A program made the position numbers and the translations under genes. The notes beneath the pieces were generated by a model. It saw only the letters and a program-made list of their open reading frames with translations, was not told where the DNA came from and ran no database searches. A stretch of 61,172 nt of DNA, counting the filler. It is 4 parts of 4 records of this genome, joined end to end, with 100 filler letters (N's around TTAATTAATTAA, not from the genome) between each part and the next. Parts side by side here need not be neighbours in the genome. Positions count along the whole stretch, not along the records: positions 1 to 14,199 come from SRR22947727_477; positions 14,300 to 23,292 come from SRR22947727_478; 2 more parts are not named here. One strand, 5' to 3'. Each line of letters starts with the position of its first letter. Within the stretch, counting starts at the first letter, position 1. Of the stretch, positions 9,726 to 20,971 are shown one piece after another.

Positions 9726-10385
9726 ATGATTAAAAATATCATTTTTGATTTTGATGGAGTGTTAGTAGACAGTGAAATTTTGGTTGCGAAAGCATTTGCT
9801 AAATATCTGCAAAATTTTCAAATTGACGTTAATGAGAGAGAGTTCGCAAGTTTTGCTGGAAAAAAAACTGTTCAAGTCATTGATGAATTATCTCGAAAAT
9901 ATTCAATTAAAGATCAAGATAAGTTCTTTACTGACATTATGAAGATAGCCTCCAATATATATAAAAAAGAACTGACTACTGTTAGCGGTGCTTATGACTT
10001 TGTAAGTAATCAAAAACTGAATTTATACATTGGTTCAAATAGTATGAAAGAAAGAATAATAGATGGTTTACAAAGAGTAGATTTAAATAAATACTTTAAA
10101 GCTGAACAGGTATACTCTTTTGATATGGTAGACAAACCTAAGCCAGATCCTGATATTTATTTGAAAGTAATTGAAGATAATAACTTAATTAAAAACCAAA
10201 CAATAATTATAGAGGATAGTGCAGTTGGTGTGATGGCAGGAGTAAGCGCTGGCATCAAGGTAATAGGTCTTACAGCAGGTGGTCATTGGCACGAAAATAG
10301 AGATGAAACAGAGCTACTTGATGCAGGAGCATTTGCTGTTAAAAGTGACTATAATAAAGTAAAAAAACTAATAGAAAGTAATTAA
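9726..10385 (+). CDS. HAD-superfamily hydrolase (IA)
   Basis: FDFDGVLVDSE, KPKPDPDIY, IEDS..G. Confidence 0.9.
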   Translation: MIKNIIFDFDGVLVDSEILVAKAFAKYLQNFQIDVNEREFASFAGKKTVQVIDELSRKYSIKDQDKFFTDIMKIASNIYKKELTTVSGAYDFVSNQKLNLYIGSNSMKERIIDGLQRVDLNKYFKAEQVYSFDMVDKPKPDPDIYLKVIEDNNLIKNQTIIIEDSAVGVMAGVSAGIKVIGLTAGGHWHENRDETELLDAGAFAVKSDYNKVKKLIESN

Positions 10386-10386
10386 A

Positions 10387-10845
10387 ATGGGGCCAGCAGT
10401 TAGAGGAAATCCACTTAGGATATTTGTACTTTTATTAGTTATATCTTATTTTGTAGGAGAGTTTTTTATACCATCGTATCCTCTATTTAACTTATTAAAC
10501 TTGATTGGTATTATGGGTTTGATACTTTGCTTAGCATTATTTCTTTCTTCTTTAAATCTATTCAACTCATATAAAGAAAATCCTACTCCTCAATCAAATA
10601 CCAAGCGTATTATAAAGACAGGAATTTTTGCTTATTGTAGAAACCCAATGTATTTAGCTTTTATTAGTTTTCATTTGAGTATGTTTTTAACCTTTGAAAA
10701 TGTAGCATATTTTTTGAGTGCTATTGGTTTATTTTTTTGGATTAATAATTATGTCATTCCTGTTGAGCAAAGTTATTTGCAAGAAAAATTTGGGGATGAA
10801 TATGAAAGATATTTACACGCTGTAAAAAAATGGATGTTCTTTTAG
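10387..10845 (+). CDS. Isoprenylcysteine carboxyl methyltransferase / PEMT family membrane protein
   Basis: TM helices; TGIFAYCRNPMY, LQEKFGDEYERY. Confidence 0.85.
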   Translation: MGPAVRGNPLRIFVLLLVISYFVGEFFIPSYPLFNLLNLIGIMGLILCLALFLSSLNLFNSYKENPTPQSNTKRIIKTGIFAYCRNPMYLAFISFHLSMFLTFENVAYFLSAIGLFFWINNYVIPVEQSYLQEKFGDEYERYLHAVKKWMFF

Positions 10846-10882
10846 CTATTGATTTATAGGTTTTCTGAAATAATTATAAAGT

Positions 10883-11347
10883 ATGAAAACTATAATATCA
10901 TTAATTGTATTTGCTTCTTTTGGTGCCTTTGGTGCAGGAACCACTTCAAGCTCAGACACGACTACTGAAACCTCAGACCAAATTATTAAATTATATGAAC
11001 TAGCTGAAAAGCACATTGATAATAAAAGTTATGATAAATCTCTTAAGTTGCTAAAAAAACTCACTAAACGTGAGGATTTAGGCACAAAAAGAGCTGATAT
11101 TTATAACCTTCTTGGTTTTAGTTACAGAAAACTTGAGAATCCTGATTTAGATAAATCTTTTGCAGCATACATGATGGCTTTGGAGTTAGATCCAAATCAT
11201 GCTGGGGCGCACGAATATTTAGGTGAGCTATATTTAATGAGAGATGATTTAGATAAAGCTTCCAACATTCTTTTAGAATTGGAAACTTTAGTAGGTAAGA
11301 ATGCTCAAGAATATATAGATCTTCTTAAAGCTATAGAAAATTATTAA
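10883..11347 (+). CDS. Exported TPR-repeat protein
   Basis: Signal peptide; ADIYNLLGFSYRK, ALELDPNHAGAHEYLGELY. Confidence 0.8.
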   Translation: MKTIISLIVFASFGAFGAGTTSSSDTTTETSDQIIKLYELAEKHIDNKSYDKSLKLLKKLTKREDLGTKRADIYNLLGFSYRKLENPDLDKSFAAYMMALELDPNHAGAHEYLGELYLMRDDLDKASNILLELETLVGKNAQEYIDLLKAIENY

Positions 11348-12209
11348 TCATAAATATTTTTTTTATCATCTGATTTTTATTAACTTTTATTAACATGTCT
11401 GCTTCTGCAGGCATGGTTTTCATCATCCATTTAGTTATCTTTTCGTAATGCTGTATAAATTTATCTAATTGCTTTTTATTCATATATTTTTTATTAACTG
11501 ATTTTGATAAATTCCTTCTTTCTTGATCAGCTCTCCATTTATAAACATATTTAAAAGAGGGTGGCTGCATATAGATCTTTAAATCAAATAATTTAAATAT
11601 TTTTTTATAATCATTTTGTAATTTATTATTGTAAAAATTTCTCCAAATATTATTTTTATCTAAATCTGTTTCTAACTTATTTATATTTTTACACAGATAT
11701 TTATTATCAATTGGCAAACAGCCACAGCACCATCCTTCTAAAAGTAATATGTCAGCTTTATTAATTGAAATTTTTTTTTTAGTTAAATCGTCACTTAATT
11801 TATCAAAAACAGGGATAATTATTGGGAATTTTTTTTTACTAAACTGACTAATATGTTTGCTGAGTTTATCTAAATCATGAGTACCAGGAACGCCTCTTGT
11901 TTGAAGAAGTGGATGTATTTGTTTAGATAATTGTAATCGTTTATTTTTACTAAAATAATAATCATCTATACTCACTGACATAACTTTTTTATTATATATA
12001 TTTTCAATTACTGATTTTAAAATTAGTACCAAAGTTGATTTGCCAACTCCTTGTGATCCTGAAATAAGAAATTTCTTTTTTTTAGAGTTAATTATATTAG
12101 TGATTATTGGTAAAATATACTTTTCAATATAAATTTTTGTAAATTTCCTCCCAATATGCTCTAACAATAAGCTCTGCGTGTAATTAATAATATCTTTTTG
12201 CATGAACAT
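11331..12209 (-). CDS. P-loop kinase, GLYK-type D-glycerate 3-kinase-like
   Basis: GSQGVGKST Walker A, SIDDYY, TRGVPGTHD, LLEGW. Confidence 0.75.
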   Translation of the reverse strand: MFMQKDIINYTQSLLLEHIGRKFTKIYIEKYILPIITNIINSKKKKFLISGSQGVGKSTLVLILKSVIENIYNKKVMSVSIDDYYFSKNKRLQLSKQIHPLLQTRGVPGTHDLDKLSKHISQFSKKKFPIIIPVFDKLSDDLTKKKISINKADILLLEGWCCGCLPIDNKYLCKNINKLETDLDKNNIWRNFYNNKLQNDYKKIFKLFDLKIYMQPPSFKYVYKWRADQERRNLSKSVNKKYMNKKQLDKFIQHYEKITKWMMKTMPAEADMLIKVNKNQMIKKIFMINNFL

Positions 12210-12252
12210 AATAGATTTTAATATTTTTTAATTTATACATTAATTTTAATTT

Positions 12253-12846
12253 ATGAAATTTCTTTTTGATTTAGGCGGTGTATTTTTTGACTGGGATCCT
12301 AATTATTTTTACATGAATGTTTTTGACACAAAAGATGAAAGAAAATATTTCTTATCTGAGATTTGTAGTGATGCATGGAACATTAAGCAAGATGCAGGAA
12401 GAACGATAATTGAGGCGGAATCTGAGCTTATTTCAAAATTTCCTAAGTATGAAAAAGAGATTAAGATGTTTTATAAAAATCACCGCAAAATGATTAAAGG
12501 AACATTTGACCTATCAATTAAAGTTTTAGAAAATCTAAAGAAACTAAATTATGATTGTTTTGTGCTATCTAACTGGTCTGCTGAAACTTTTACAGGAATG
12601 ACAGACGACTATCCTTTCTTGCACAAATTTGATGGATTACTTATATCTGGTGAAGATAAGTTAATGAAGCCAGATTTTGCTATTTACGAACTAGCAATTA
12701 AACGCTTTAATTTAGTTCCAAAGGAAACAGTATTCATTGATGATAAATTAGAGAATGTTAATGCCGCTAAAAAACTTGATTTAAATATTATTCATCTAAT
12801 TGATCCAAGCAGTATTGAATCAGAAATTAATAAATTTTTAATTTAA
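12253..12846 (+). CDS. HAD-family phosphatase
   Basis: FDLGGV, LSN, KPD..IY, FIDD. Confidence 0.88.
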   Translation: MKFLFDLGGVFFDWDPNYFYMNVFDTKDERKYFLSEICSDAWNIKQDAGRTIIEAESELISKFPKYEKEIKMFYKNHRKMIKGTFDLSIKVLENLKKLNYDCFVLSNWSAETFTGMTDDYPFLHKFDGLLISGEDKLMKPDFAIYELAIKRFNLVPKETVFIDDKLENVNAAKKLDLNIIHLIDPSSIESEINKFLI

Positions 12847-13890
12847 TCTCTTCTTACTAGATACATCAAAAAGATGGTATTGATTTTTTTCAATTTCTAA
12901 TATTACTTCTTCATTAATCTTGATATTAGTATTTCCATTTTCTCTATAACAAATATAGTTATTGGCTTTATCAAAACCATAAATAATACTATCTGCTCCT
13001 AACTTTTCAATAAGATCAATTTTAATTTTAATATTACCACTATTATTAACTTTTAAGTTCTCAGGTCTTACAGCAAAAATAACTTCTTGATCGGTTAAAT
13101 TTTTATTAGTATCACAAGTAAAACCTTCAGAAGTAAATATATTTGACTCAAGCTTACCTTTTATAAAATTCATTTGAGGTGTTCCGATAAATTCAGCAAC
13201 AAATAATGTTTCTGGTTTTTCATAAACTTCAATTGGTGTTCCAACTTGTTCAATTACTCCTTCATTAATTACTGCCATTCTATCGCCCAAAGTCATAGCT
13301 TCAACCTGATCATGTGTTACGAAAACGCTAGTAACATTCATTTGTTTTTGTAATTTTTTAATTTCTATTCTCACCTGACCTCTTAATTTTGCATCTAGAT
13401 TTGATAAAGGTTCATCAAATAAAAAAACCTTAGGGCTTCTAACTATTGCCCTACCCATGGCTACCCTCTGTCTTTGACCTCCTGAAAGTTGACCGGGTTT
13501 TCTCTGCAAATATTCTTCTATCTCTAGTAATTTAGCAACTTCATTTACTTTTTTTTCAATTTCTAGTTTAGTCTCACCTCTATTTTTTAAGCCATAAGCT
13601 AAATTTTTATAAACATTCATATGTGGGTACAATGCATAGTTTTGAAAAACCATAGCAATATCTCTTTCAGAAGGATCAATTTTATTTATAGCTTTTTCAT
13701 CAAGAATTATTTTTCCTTCTGTAATATCTTCAAGTCCAGCAATCATTCTTAATAGTGTAGATTTTCCACAACCACTTGGTCCAACAAAAACCATAAATTC
13801 TCCATTTTTTATATCAAGAGAAGTTTTATCTACTGCTTTTGTTCCATTTGGATATATTTTAGTAACTTCTTCTAATTTTAAAAAACTCAT
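12838..13890 (-). CDS. ugpC: Sugar/glycerol-3-phosphate ABC transporter ATPase
   Basis: GPSGCGKST, RDIAMVFQNYALYPHM, LSGGQRQR, DEPLSNLD; next to a UgpE-like permease. Confidence 0.8.
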   Translation of the reverse strand: MSFLKLEEVTKIYPNGTKAVDKTSLDIKNGEFMVFVGPSGCGKSTLLRMIAGLEDITEGKIILDEKAINKIDPSERDIAMVFQNYALYPHMNVYKNLAYGLKNRGETKLEIEKKVNEVAKLLEIEEYLQRKPGQLSGGQRQRVAMGRAIVRSPKVFLFDEPLSNLDAKLRGQVRIEIKKLQKQMNVTSVFVTHDQVEAMTLGDRMAVINEGVIEQVGTPIEVYEKPETLFVAEFIGTPQMNFIKGKLESNIFTSEGFTCDTNKNLTDQEVIFAVRPENLKVNNSGNIKIKIDLIEKLGADSIIYGFDKANNYICYRENGNTNIKINEEVILEIEKNQYHLFDVSSKKRLN

Positions 13891-14199
13891 TTATTTCTCC
13901 GTTTGAATTAATCCTTTGATAAACCAACGTTGTAGAACAACTACAACTAATACAGGCGGTATCATAGAAAGTATAATGTAGGCAAATCTCTCAGCAACTC
14001 TTGGAAGATTTCCTCCCTCATATGATTCTTGAAATATAATCTTCATTCCCATTACCACAGTCCAATATTTTTCATCTGTTGTCATTATTAAGGGCCATAA
14101 ATATTGACTGTAACCGTATACAAACATAAATATAAACATAGCTGCCATCATTGTCTTAGACAATGGTAATAAAAAATCTATAAAAAACTTCCAACTATT
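13891..14199 (-). CDS. ugpE: Carbohydrate ABC permease (UgpE-like), 5'-truncated at contig end
   Basis: F.YG..QYLWPLIMTT, PPVLVVVVLQRWFIKGLIQTEK C-terminus typical of UgpE. Confidence 0.7.
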   Translation of the reverse strand, partial: NSWKFFIDFLLPLSKTMMAAMFIFMFVYGYSQYLWPLIMTTDEKYWTVVMGMKIIFQESYEGGNLPRVAERFAYIILSMIPPVLVVVVLQRWFIKGLIQTEK

Positions 14200-14299
14200 N
14201 NNNNNNNNNNNNNNNNNNNNNNNNNNNNNNNNNNNNNNNNNNNTTAATTAATTAANNNNNNNNNNNNNNNNNNNNNNNNNNNNNNNNNNNNNNNNNNNN
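14200..14299. other. Artificial contig linker
   Basis: N44-TTAATTAATTAA-N44 (stops in all six frames). Confidence 0.98.
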
Positions 14300-15002
14300 T
14301 TATAAATAAATTTATAAAGTCTAAGTATAATGTTAATGCACCCATTATTGCTTTTTTAGATGAAGACTCAGCACTATCGTAAGCATTGTACATATTTTTA
14401 ATTTTCTGCGTATCATAAGCAGTTAGACCTACAAAAATTAAAACCCCTAAAATTGAAATTGCAAAATACAGCGCAGGAGATTGCATAAAAATGTTTACAA
14501 TTGATGCAATTATAATTCCAATTAAACCCATGAATAAGAATGATCCAAAGCCTGTAAGATCTCTTTTAGTTGTGTAGCCATAGATACTCATAGCACCAAA
14601 AGTTGAAGCTGTTATAAAGAAGACTCTTGCAATACTGGCTCCTGTATACTGTAAAAATATTGTAGACATTGACATTCCCATTAAAAAAGAAAATACCCAA
14701 AACATAGTTTGTGCTCGGCTTGCTGTCATACTTCTAATACCAAAACTCATATACATAACAATCCCAAGTGGTGCTAAAGCAATTACCCACATCATTGGAC
14801 CTTGAAACAAAGTCATACCTAGATTAGTTAAATAAAGTTGTCCTGATGCATCAATAACTGTGGTTGATTGAAATAACATATAGGCTACTAGTCCTGTTAT
14901 ACCTAACCCTCCAGCCATAAAGTTGTAGACTCTTAGCATATAATCTCTCAGTCCCGCATCTACAGTTGATGTGGCTTGAGCACTTCTATTTTGATATTCC
15001 AT
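14300..15002 (-). CDS. Bax inhibitor-1/YccA family membrane protein (3'-truncated)
   Basis: DAGLRDYMLRVY, YGYTTKRDL, TAYDTQKIK, GALTLYLDFINLF. Confidence 0.92.
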
Positions 15003-15125
15003 TTAGTACTATTCCTCTTTGAATTTTTTACTATAATAATACATAATGATTATATTGATCAATACAAGTCGTATATATTAATCATTTCAAAAAAAATGTA
15101 TTATATTTCAATAGGATAGATAAAT

Positions 15126-16136
15126 TTGATGGATAAAGTTTTAGTTACAGGTGCCTCAGGTTATATAGCTTCACACTGTATAGCAGAATTATTAAAAAAC
15201 GGTTTTGCTGTAAGGGGATCATTGAGAAATGCACAGCGGCAAAACGAGGTTAAGAATGCAATAAAGGCTGAAGCCGATATCTCGCAATTAGAATTTTGTG
15301 AACTTGATCTATTAAATGACACTGGCTGGGATGAGGCTGTATCTGGTTGTGATTATGTAATGCATGTAGCTTCGCCACTTTTAACTAAAGAGCCAAATGA
15401 TGAAAATGAAATAATTAAGCCTGCATATGAGGGATTGTTGCGTGCTTTAAAAAGTTCAGTCAAACATAAAGTTAAGCGATTTGTTATGACATCCTCATTT
15501 TCGGCTGTGGGTTATGGTCATGTTAAAGATGTATTTAACGAAAGTCATTGGACAGACACTACAAAAAAAATTGGTGCTTATAATAAAAGTAAAGCTATTG
15601 CAGAAAAAGCTATGTGGGATTACTTAAACGAACTTGATCCTGAAAATAAAATTGAAGCTGTCGCTATTAACCCAACACTTGTTGTAGGTGCATCATTATC
15701 TAGTGACATTGGTACTTCAAATATTTTTATTCAAAAAATGCTCGATGGATCTTATCCTGTTGTACCTCAAGTTCATTTTGGTTATGTCACTGTTAGAGAT
15801 ACTGCAAAAGCTCATGTTGCTGCAATGACTCACCCAGATGCCAATGGTAAAAGATTTATTCTTGCTGAAAGATGTATGTGGCTTGCAGAAATGAATGGCA
15901 TTTTAAGAAAGAACGGTTACCAAAAAGCACCTATTCGACAAGCTCCTAACTTATTAATGAAATTCTTAGGTTTGTTTAATGACGAAGCAAGTGCAATTGC
16001 TGGTTTTGTAGGTAAAACAAAATTTACTAATTCAGAAAATGCTAAAAATATTTTAGGCTTTAATTTTGAAGATGTAGAAGCAGGTATTGTAGGTACTGCT
16101 AAACAACTTGAAGAACTTGAATTAATAGGAAAATAA
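15126..16136 (+). CDS. NAD-dependent epimerase/dehydratase (aldehyde reductase, DFR-like extended SDR)
   Basis: VLVTGASGYIA, HVASP, TSS, YNKSK. Confidence 0.88.
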   Translation: MMDKVLVTGASGYIASHCIAELLKNGFAVRGSLRNAQRQNEVKNAIKAEADISQLEFCELDLLNDTGWDEAVSGCDYVMHVASPLLTKEPNDENEIIKPAYEGLLRALKSSVKHKVKRFVMTSSFSAVGYGHVKDVFNESHWTDTTKKIGAYNKSKAIAEKAMWDYLNELDPENKIEAVAINPTLVVGASLSSDIGTSNIFIQKMLDGSYPVVPQVHFGYVTVRDTAKAHVAAMTHPDANGKRFILAERCMWLAEMNGILRKNGYQKAPIRQAPNLLMKFLGLFNDEASAIAGFVGKTKFTNSENAKNILGFNFEDVEAGIVGTAKQLEELELIGK

Positions 16137-16137
16137 T

Positions 16138-17196
16138 ATGGAATACAGAAAACTAGGAAGAACAGATATTAATGTAAGCTCTATTTGTCTTGGGACAATG
16201 ACATGGGGAGAACAGAATACTGAGGCTGAAGCACATGAACAATTAGACTATTCAATGGAACAAGGTGTTAACTTTATAGACACTGCAGAATTATATGCTG
16301 TACCTACCAAAGCAGAGACACAAGGCTTAACTGAAGAACATATTGGCTCTTGGTTTAAAGCGAAAAATAATCGAGATAAAGTAATCTTAGCCTCAAAGGT
16401 TGCTGGTAGATCTGGCTTAAATTATATGCGAGAGACTAAGGAAATGACTAGACTTAGCAAAGAGCATATCCATTATGCCGTCGATAAAAGTTTACAGCGT
16501 CTAAAAACAGATTATATAGATTTGTATCAAGTACATTGGCCAGATCGTCCATTTGGTGCTTTTAGTGGAAAACTTGAATATAGGTACAGTCCAGTTCCTG
16601 AAGATACAATTGAAATTGAAGTAACATTAGAAGCCTTAGGTGAACTTGTTAAGGCTGGAAAAATTAGACATATTGGTCTTTCTAACGAAACTCCTTGGGG
16701 TACTATGAAGTATTTAGAACTCTCAAAAACTCGCTCACTACCACGAGTGGTCTCAATACAAAATGCATATAATTTAGTTAATAGAGCTTTTGAAGTTGGT
16801 TTGTCTGAAATTACTAACCATGAAGATGTGGGTCTTTTGTCTTATTCACCTTTGGGGCAAGGTATTTTAACTGGTAAATATTTAAATGGGCAAATGCCAG
16901 AAGGTTCGCGTATGGCATTATTTGGTGATGGTCCACTAGCATATAGGTATAAAAGTGAAAGAACGAAACGTGCTACAGAAATGTACGTAGAAATTGCTAA
17001 AAAATATGAAATCGATCCAGCGCAAATGGCTATTCGCTTTTGTGATATACAGCCTTTCATGACGTCAACAATTATTGGAGCAACTAAAATGACTCAATTA
17101 AAAACTTGTATTGATAGTGTTAATCTTGATTTGACCAAAGAAATTTTAAAAGAAATTGATGCAGTTCATCGAGAGCTACCACATCCAGCACCGTAA
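16138..17196 (+). CDS. Aldo/keto reductase, Tas-like
   Basis: [34 protein letters not shown]. Confidence 0.9.
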   Translation: MEYRKLGRTDINVSSICLGTMTWGEQNTEAEAHEQLDYSMEQGVNFIDTAELYAVPTKAETQGLTEEHIGSWFKAKNNRDKVILASKVAGRSGLNYMRETKEMTRLSKEHIHYAVDKSLQRLKTDYIDLYQVHWPDRPFGAFSGKLEYRYSPVPEDTIEIEVTLEALGELVKAGKIRHIGLSNETPWGTMKYLELSKTRSLPRVVSIQNAYNLVNRAFEVGLSEITNHEDVGLLSYSPLGQGILTGKYLNGQMPEGSRMALFGDGPLAYRYKSERTKRATEMYVEIAKKYEIDPAQMAIRFCDIQPFMTSTIIGATKMTQLKTCIDSVNLDLTKEILKEIDAVHRELPHPAP

Positions 17197-17477
17197 TGAA
17201 TAAAAAACTATCAATTACTGATCGCAATAAAGCCATTAAAAAATTAAAGGGATGGCAATTAGTAAAGGGTAGAAGTGCAATAACAAAGACTTTCGAATTT
17301 AAAAATTTCAATGCTGCTTTTAGCTGGATGACATCAATGGCATTGCATGCTGAAAAATTAGATCATCATCCAGAATGGTTTAATGTTTATAATAAAGTTA
17401 CTGTAACATTATCCACACATGATGTGGGAGGTATATCTAGTTTAGATATTAAATTTGCAACAATAATGAATAAATAA
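17196..17477 (+). CDS. phhB: Pterin-4-alpha-carbinolamine dehydratase
   Basis: [22 protein letters not shown]. Confidence 0.93.
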   Translation: MNKKLSITDRNKAIKKLKGWQLVKGRSAITKTFEFKNFNAAFSWMTSMALHAEKLDHHPEWFNVYNKVTVTLSTHDVGGISSLDIKFATIMNK

Positions 17478-17485
17478 AATTATCT

Positions 17486-17570
17486 TATTAACAATACCGA
17501 CCTTATCTCTAGTTGTGGTGGTGGTACTGTTGCTTGCTCCTCAAGTCTATTAACAATAACCGCAACCTTA
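17486..17570. repeat. Imperfect direct repeat pair TATTAACAATA(A)CCG(CA)ACCTTA, 62 bp apart
   Basis: Copies at 17486-17505 and 17548-17570; the first 11 bp are identical. Confidence 0.7.
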
Positions 17571-18533
17571 AAATTCTGTAAGTAAAGCCGGAGGTGAAGC
17601 CGGAGCAAAAGGCCTTTTTATTTCAACTCTCTCCTCACTTGACTCAATAGTACTTTTTTCTGAGACGATTTCATTTGTTCTTCTAACTTTACTTAGCATC
17701 TTCGAGGACATGTTTTTTTCTGGGAACATATGTTCAGTAACAGTATGGCTTAATATAGTTTGTTTGAATTGATTTGCAGGCCACCTAAACTTAAGTTTCC
17801 AAAAATCTTCTGTGCTCCCTATATCTGGTGTACTTTGACCAATTTCAAAAATCATATGTCTTAATACCTGTGCTTCTAAACTTAAGCGCTCTCCTTTTGT
17901 GTCTGAACTAGTTCCTGGAAAGGAGTAATTATTATAAACCACTTTGCCCCAAGGCATATATGGTAACTGCCCTACAAGATTGATATCATACCCATTTAAG
18001 ACTGACTCTCTAATTGCACCATAGTTGCTTGTGTCACCTACTCGTTGGTACTTATTTGCATAAACTTCAAAAGTGCTTGTTAAATATTCTAAACCCAAAC
18101 TAGCTCTTTGATGAGTCTGTTCAAATTCATGATCATAAATTAAATTAACACCTAAGGTTGCATTATTATTATGTACCAAGGTTCTAAATCCTAAGCCCGC
18201 ATTAAATAGCATTCTTTGATCACCATTAGAATAAGGCTCATGATTTGCTATACGAAATTGTGAAAAATATAAATGTTTATTAGAAAGCTCAGAGTATGGA
18301 TTTAGAGACAATGAACGCACCGCCAAAATTGAATATCTTAAATTATAGTTATTTTGAGAATGAGTTGTAACTTCAGTATCACCTGTACCCGGTAAGGCTA
18401 GAGATAACGTTGCACCTAATTTATTAAGTGTATGATTGATGTTATCCTGCAGAAAGTTCTGAGCGTTTGCTATATAGGAAGAAGAGAATATTAAAGATAT
18501 TGAAAGTAAGAGTATTTTTATTTTTTTTTGCAT
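17568..18533 (-). CDS. Inverse-autotransporter (invasin/intimin) beta-domain protein lacking a large passenger
   Basis: Signal peptide; NAGLGFR, GVNLIYDHEF..H.RASLGLEY, NGYDI..G.LPYMPW, KVRR.N.IV.E. Confidence 0.8.
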   Translation of the reverse strand: MQKKIKILLLSISLIFSSSYIANAQNFLQDNINHTLNKLGATLSLALPGTGDTEVTTHSQNNYNLRYSILAVRSLSLNPYSELSNKHLYFSQFRIANHEPYSNGDQRMLFNAGLGFRTLVHNNNATLGVNLIYDHEFEQTHQRASLGLEYLTSTFEVYANKYQRVGDTSNYGAIRESVLNGYDINLVGQLPYMPWGKVVYNNYSFPGTSSDTKGERLSLEAQVLRHMIFEIGQSTPDIGSTEDFWKLKFRWPANQFKQTILSHTVTEHMFPEKNMSSKMLSKVRRTNEIVSEKSTIESSEERVEIKRPFAPASPPALLTEF

Positions 18534-18659
18534 ATTTCTATTATTTAATTTGTTTAATATTTTAATTAAAAAATAAGAAATGATGTTTAACTAGTTTAGA
18601 GCATTATAAAACACTGAAAATTAATAATAGAATTTAGTTATATATATTTTTTTAATAGT

Positions 18660-19865
18660 TTACTCTTTATCTTGACGCAAATTTCTTAACCTTAGAGCAT
18701 TTAATTTAATAAAACCCTCGGCGTCTTGCTGACTGTAGATATTATCATCCTCGAAAGTTGCTAAATCAGAATTATATAATGAGAAAGGTGACTCTCTACC
18801 TGTAATCATAACATTTCCCTTATAGACTTTCATGCGCACTCTACCAGACACATTAATCTGAGTTTGATTTATCATGGCTTGCAACATGTCGCGTTCAGGT
18901 GAAAACCACAAGCCATTATAAATAAGTTTGGCATACTTTGGAGAAATTTCATCTTTTGTGTGTGCCGCTTCTTTGTCTAGAGTTAAACTCTCAATTGCTC
19001 TATGTGCATGATATAAAATAGTTCCACCAGGAGTTTCATAAATTCCTCTGGATTTCATACCAATAAATCTATTCTCTACTAGATCAATCCTACCAACGCC
19101 ATGCTTACCACCAATGGTATTTAATTTTTCTAATATTTGATAAGGAGATAAGGTTTTGCCATTAACTGCACAAGCATCTCCAGATTTAAAATCTATCGTT
19201 ACTTCTTCAATTTCATTTGGAGCTTCAAATGGTGAAACTGATCTGGTGTATACATATTCAGGAGCTTCAACAAAAGGATCTTCTAATACTTTACCTTCTG
19301 CAGATGAATGTAAAACATTAGCATCTATACTAAATGGTTGTTCTCCTCTTTTATCTTTTGCAATTTCTATATTGTGTTGATCTGCATATTTAACTAATTC
19401 TAATCTAGAATTCATGTCCCAAATTCTCCAAGGACTTATTATTTCTATATCTGCCTGATGATAATAATATCCAAGTTCAAATCTAATTTGGTCATTACCT
19501 TTGCCTGTTGCGCCATGTGACACTGCTTCTGCATTAACTTGCTGGGCAATTTCAATTTGTTTCTTAGCAATTAGTGGTCTAGCAATGGCAGTTCCAAGTA
19601 GATAGTAACCTTCATATAATGGGTTAGCTCTAAACATTGGAAAGACATAATCTTTCACAAATTCTTCTTTTAAATCTTCAATAAATATTTCTGAAGTGCC
19701 TTGTTGTTTTGCCTTAGCTTCAACTGATGCAAAATCTTCTTCTTGGCCTAAATCTGCAGTGAACGTTACTACTTCACATTGATAGTTTTCTTTTAACCAT
19801 CTCAATATCACTGAAGTGTCTAAGCCACCTGAATACGCTAGAACAACTTTATTTACTTTTTTCAT
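18660..19865 (-). CDS. argG: Argininosuccinate synthase
   Basis: [38 protein letters not shown]. Confidence 0.98.
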   Translation of the reverse strand: MKKVNKVVLAYSGGLDTSVILRWLKENYQCEVVTFTADLGQEEDFASVEAKAKQQGTSEIFIEDLKEEFVKDYVFPMFRANPLYEGYYLLGTAIARPLIAKKQIEIAQQVNAEAVSHGATGKGNDQIRFELGYYYHQADIEIISPWRIWDMNSRLELVKYADQHNIEIAKDKRGEQPFSIDANVLHSSAEGKVLEDPFVEAPEYVYTRSVSPFEAPNEIEEVTIDFKSGDACAVNGKTLSPYQILEKLNTIGGKHGVGRIDLVENRFIGMKSRGIYETPGGTILYHAHRAIESLTLDKEAAHTKDEISPKYAKLIYNGLWFSPERDMLQAMINQTQINVSGRVRMKVYKGNVMITGRESPFSLYNSDLATFEDDNIYSQQDAEGFIKLNALRLRNLRQDKE

Positions 19866-20959
19866 ACTTGTAATCTGCTTATACTTTTTCTAATTTTCAC
19901 ACTATCAGACTTAAGTTGGCCACATGCAGCCATAATATCTTGTCCTCTAGTTTTTCTAACAGGGCTTGAATAGCCTGCATCATTTATAAAGTCACCAAAT
20001 TTTTTGATTTGGTTATTACTCGAACATTCGTAAGGCGAATTTGGCCACGGATTAAATGGAATAAGGTTGATTTTTGCAGGAATCCCCTCAATTAAATCAA
20101 CCAATGCCTTTGCATCGTCCAAGCTATCATTTACACCCTTCAGCATAACATACTCAAAAGTTATTCTTCTAGAGTTTCGTGATCGTGGATAATCACGGCA
20201 GGCTTGAATAAGCTCTTCTAGTGGATATTTTTTATTTATAGGAACAATTTCATCTCGCAATTTATCATTTGTTGCATGTAAAGAGATAGCCAATACAGTG
20301 TCCACTTCTTTTCCCCATTCTAATATTTGTGGAACTATACCTGAGGTGCTCAATGTAATTCTTTTAGTTGAAAGTTTTATTCCTTCTTGATCTGAAAATA
20401 TTTCAACTGCTTGTTTTACGGAGTCATAATTGTAAAGAGGTTCGCCCATACCCATAAAAACAATATTAGATATCTGTCTATTTTCATTTGCTGGCCAATC
20501 TTTTAATTGGTCGCGCGCTATCATCAATTGTGAAACTATTTCTTCGGTTGATAAATTTTTAACTAATTTTTGTGTACCTGTATGACAAAACTTACAATTA
20601 AGTGTGCAGCCTACTTGAGATGAAACACATAAAGTGCCTCGGTTATTTTCAGGGATATAAACAGTTTCAACTAAATTACCATCATCTAACTTTATTAACC
20701 ATTTTCTGGTACCGTCAGTTGAACATTGTTCTTTATCTAATTTAGGTCTTTTAAGTATAAAAACTTTTTTTAAATCTTCTCTTAAATCGATCGATATAGA
20801 TGTCATATCATCGATACTTGTCACCCCGTGAAAGTACAGCCAATGCCAAATTTGTTTCACTCTAAAATTTTCATTTAGTTTAATTAAATTTGCGTCAACA
20901 AGAATTGATTTTATTTGATCTCTACTAAGACCAATAATATTTGTCTTAAGATTTGTCAT
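19862..20959 (-). CDS. rlmN: Dual-specificity RNA methyltransferase (radical SAM)
   Basis: [37 protein letters not shown]. Confidence 0.97.
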   Translation of the reverse strand: MTNLKTNIIGLSRDQIKSILVDANLIKLNENFRVKQIWHWLYFHGVTSIDDMTSISIDLREDLKKVFILKRPKLDKEQCSTDGTRKWLIKLDDGNLVETVYIPENNRGTLCVSSQVGCTLNCKFCHTGTQKLVKNLSTEEIVSQLMIARDQLKDWPANENRQISNIVFMGMGEPLYNYDSVKQAVEIFSDQEGIKLSTKRITLSTSGIVPQILEWGKEVDTVLAISLHATNDKLRDEIVPINKKYPLEELIQACRDYPRSRNSRRITFEYVMLKGVNDSLDDAKALVDLIEGIPAKINLIPFNPWPNSPYECSSNNQIKKFGDFINDAGYSSPVRKTRGQDIMAACGQLKSDSVKIRKSISRLQV

Positions 20960-20971
20960 TTAATTTTATGA

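Noticed and set aside
14200-14299. TTAATTAATTAA palindrome within N runs (also 23293-23392 and 45238-45337)
   Set aside because: Identical synthetic six-frame-stop contig linkers. ORF ends at 14244 and 23341 are artefacts, and cross-linker adjacency is not biological.
17486-17570. Mini-CRISPR or dif-like site
   Set aside because: Only two unequal copies, no cas genes, and no XerC/XerD arm arrangement.
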